From the IMG/VR virus record IMGVR_UViG_3300027749_002876, positions 62,001 through 126,000 of that record: a DNA stretch of 64,000 nt; one strand, 5' to 3'. This document shows, piece after piece, positions 63,160 through 64,000 of the stretch (positions within the stretch are counted from its first letter, which is position 1; every line of letters begins with the position of its first letter). The notes under the pieces are model-generated. The model ran no database searches and was not told the origin of the DNA. It saw only the letters and a program-made list of their open reading frames with translations. The position numbers were made by a program, and so were the translations under genes.

Positions 63160-63345
63160 TTATGCTTTTTTATCTACTTGATGATTACTATGTGTAGGTT
63201 CTAATTTACCTACTTTATCATATAGATACTGTACAACTTCTAAGTATTGTTTATTAGTTGCAGGATCTTGTAATGTTTTATAAACTGTTGTACGATATTG
63301 ATGATTGGTAATATCGTTTACCGCTGATATAGTTTGAATTATCAT
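63160..63345 (-). CDS. Small hypothetical protein
   Basis: ATAAATA upstream. Confidence 0.55.
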   Translation of the reverse strand: MIIQTISAVNDITNHQYRTTVYKTLQDPATNKQYLEVVQYLYDKVGKLEPTHSNHQVDKKA

Positions 63346-63373
63346 AATGTATGTATTTATTAATAAATACAGT

Positions 63374-63925
63374 ATGATACTCACAACAACTCCAATTAAG
63401 CAACATACTCAGTTAGTACATTTAGATATGCCATACACATATGAAGAAGTTTTAAATGAGCTAAACACATATGAGTTTAATGAAATTCATCCTTATCGTT
63501 ATAATTCTGCAATAACCACCAAAATTCTTAGTGAAATAAGACAACTAATAGTTGACTACTCTTTTATAGATAAATTTTATGAAATAAAAGATTTTCAAAA
63601 GTTGTGGAATAATGTATCTAAGGAAGAACTTAAAAAAAAATGTAAGTTCGATTGTTCTTTACATCTTGATAAACCTAAATTTTCTCTTACACCCCACCTT
63701 GATAGTAGACAAATTGTAATAGTTGGGATGATTTTCTTGAACCCAGTGAATGATATTAAACAAAACTCTGTACTATATGATACAGAAAATATGCTGAATC
63801 CACAATATGTACCTTCATCATTTGGAGAAGGATGGGTTATGGCTAATGCACATAACACATGGCACTCAGGTGGAAACTCATCTGACTATGATAGATATAG
63901 TATATTGTTCACCTATACCATATAG
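63374..63925 (+). CDS. Fe(II)/2OG oxygenase-like protein
   Basis: PHLD...WHSG...R; ATAAATA-4-ATG. Confidence 0.7.
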   Translation: MILTTTPIKQHTQLVHLDMPYTYEEVLNELNTYEFNEIHPYRYNSAITTKILSEIRQLIVDYSFIDKFYEIKDFQKLWNNVSKEELKKKCKFDCSLHLDKPKFSLTPHLDSRQIVIVGMIFLNPVNDIKQNSVLYDTENMLNPQYVPSSFGEGWVMANAHNTWHSGGNSSDYDRYSILFTYTI

Positions 63926-64000
63926 ATATTTATACTATCATGATTACAATGTAAATTGGATTTGAACCAACATTTCCAGGACAAGACGCCGGGTTTCCTA

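Noticed and set aside
54798-63204. Short ORFs overlapping tRNAs or ncRNAs (e.g. 54798-55031, 55401-55634, 57621-57875, 57959-58264, 59028-59715, 60203-60553, 60857-61105, 62283-62678, 62974-63204)
   Set aside because: Shadow ORFs from GC-rich RNA genes; no SD or protein motifs
63940-64000. tRNA-like T-arm (GTTGGTTCAAATCCAAT on the minus strand) at the window edge
   Set aside because: Truncated by the window end, with no clear CCA or anticodon arm, so it cannot be called
1-64000. Cellular (bacterial) origin suggested by clpXP, rpsU, infA, rpoZ and transporters
   Set aside because: These genes lack their bacterial operon context and sit among phage-type hypothetical genes, fibre genes, repeated early promoters, late TAAATA motifs and a dense tRNA array

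Overview
This is a 64-kb AT-rich, gene-dense segment of a large lytic tailed-phage (jumbo/T4-like myovirus-type) genome. The host is probably a Gram-negative proteobacterium; the Bug/TctC, PbpG and RpoZ homologues point to Betaproteobacteria (inference). Layout: (i) 0.5-6.6 kb is a host-like proteostasis/translation block (ClpX, bS21, Hsp20 with a ROSE-like thermometer, ClpS, ClpP). (ii) 10.3-42.1 kb is bracketed by two inverted copies of a ~120-bp non-coding element. Each copy heads an array of near-identical sigma70 early-promoter gene cassettes, and the two arrays converge on a bidirectional terminator at 34.9 kb. Inside are a plcP-agt-like lipid-remodelling pair, a cluster of amino-acid binding protein, symporter, holin-like protein and Asp/Glu racemase, IF-1, an ErpA/IscA protein, tail-fibre-like proteins and a C1 protease. 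(iii) 42.8-51 kb is a biosynthesis-like cluster: PP-loop proteins, an APS-kinase/nucleotidyltransferase fusion, sulfotransferase-like proteins, an oxygenase, a methyltransferase and two Bug receptors. (iv) 53.3-63.2 kb is an array of 27 tRNAs with an rrn-like tandem promoter and boxA. It is interleaved with late-promoter enzyme cassettes and at least eight unassigned structured RNA candidates. All protein calls come from motif recognition by eye; no database searches were run.
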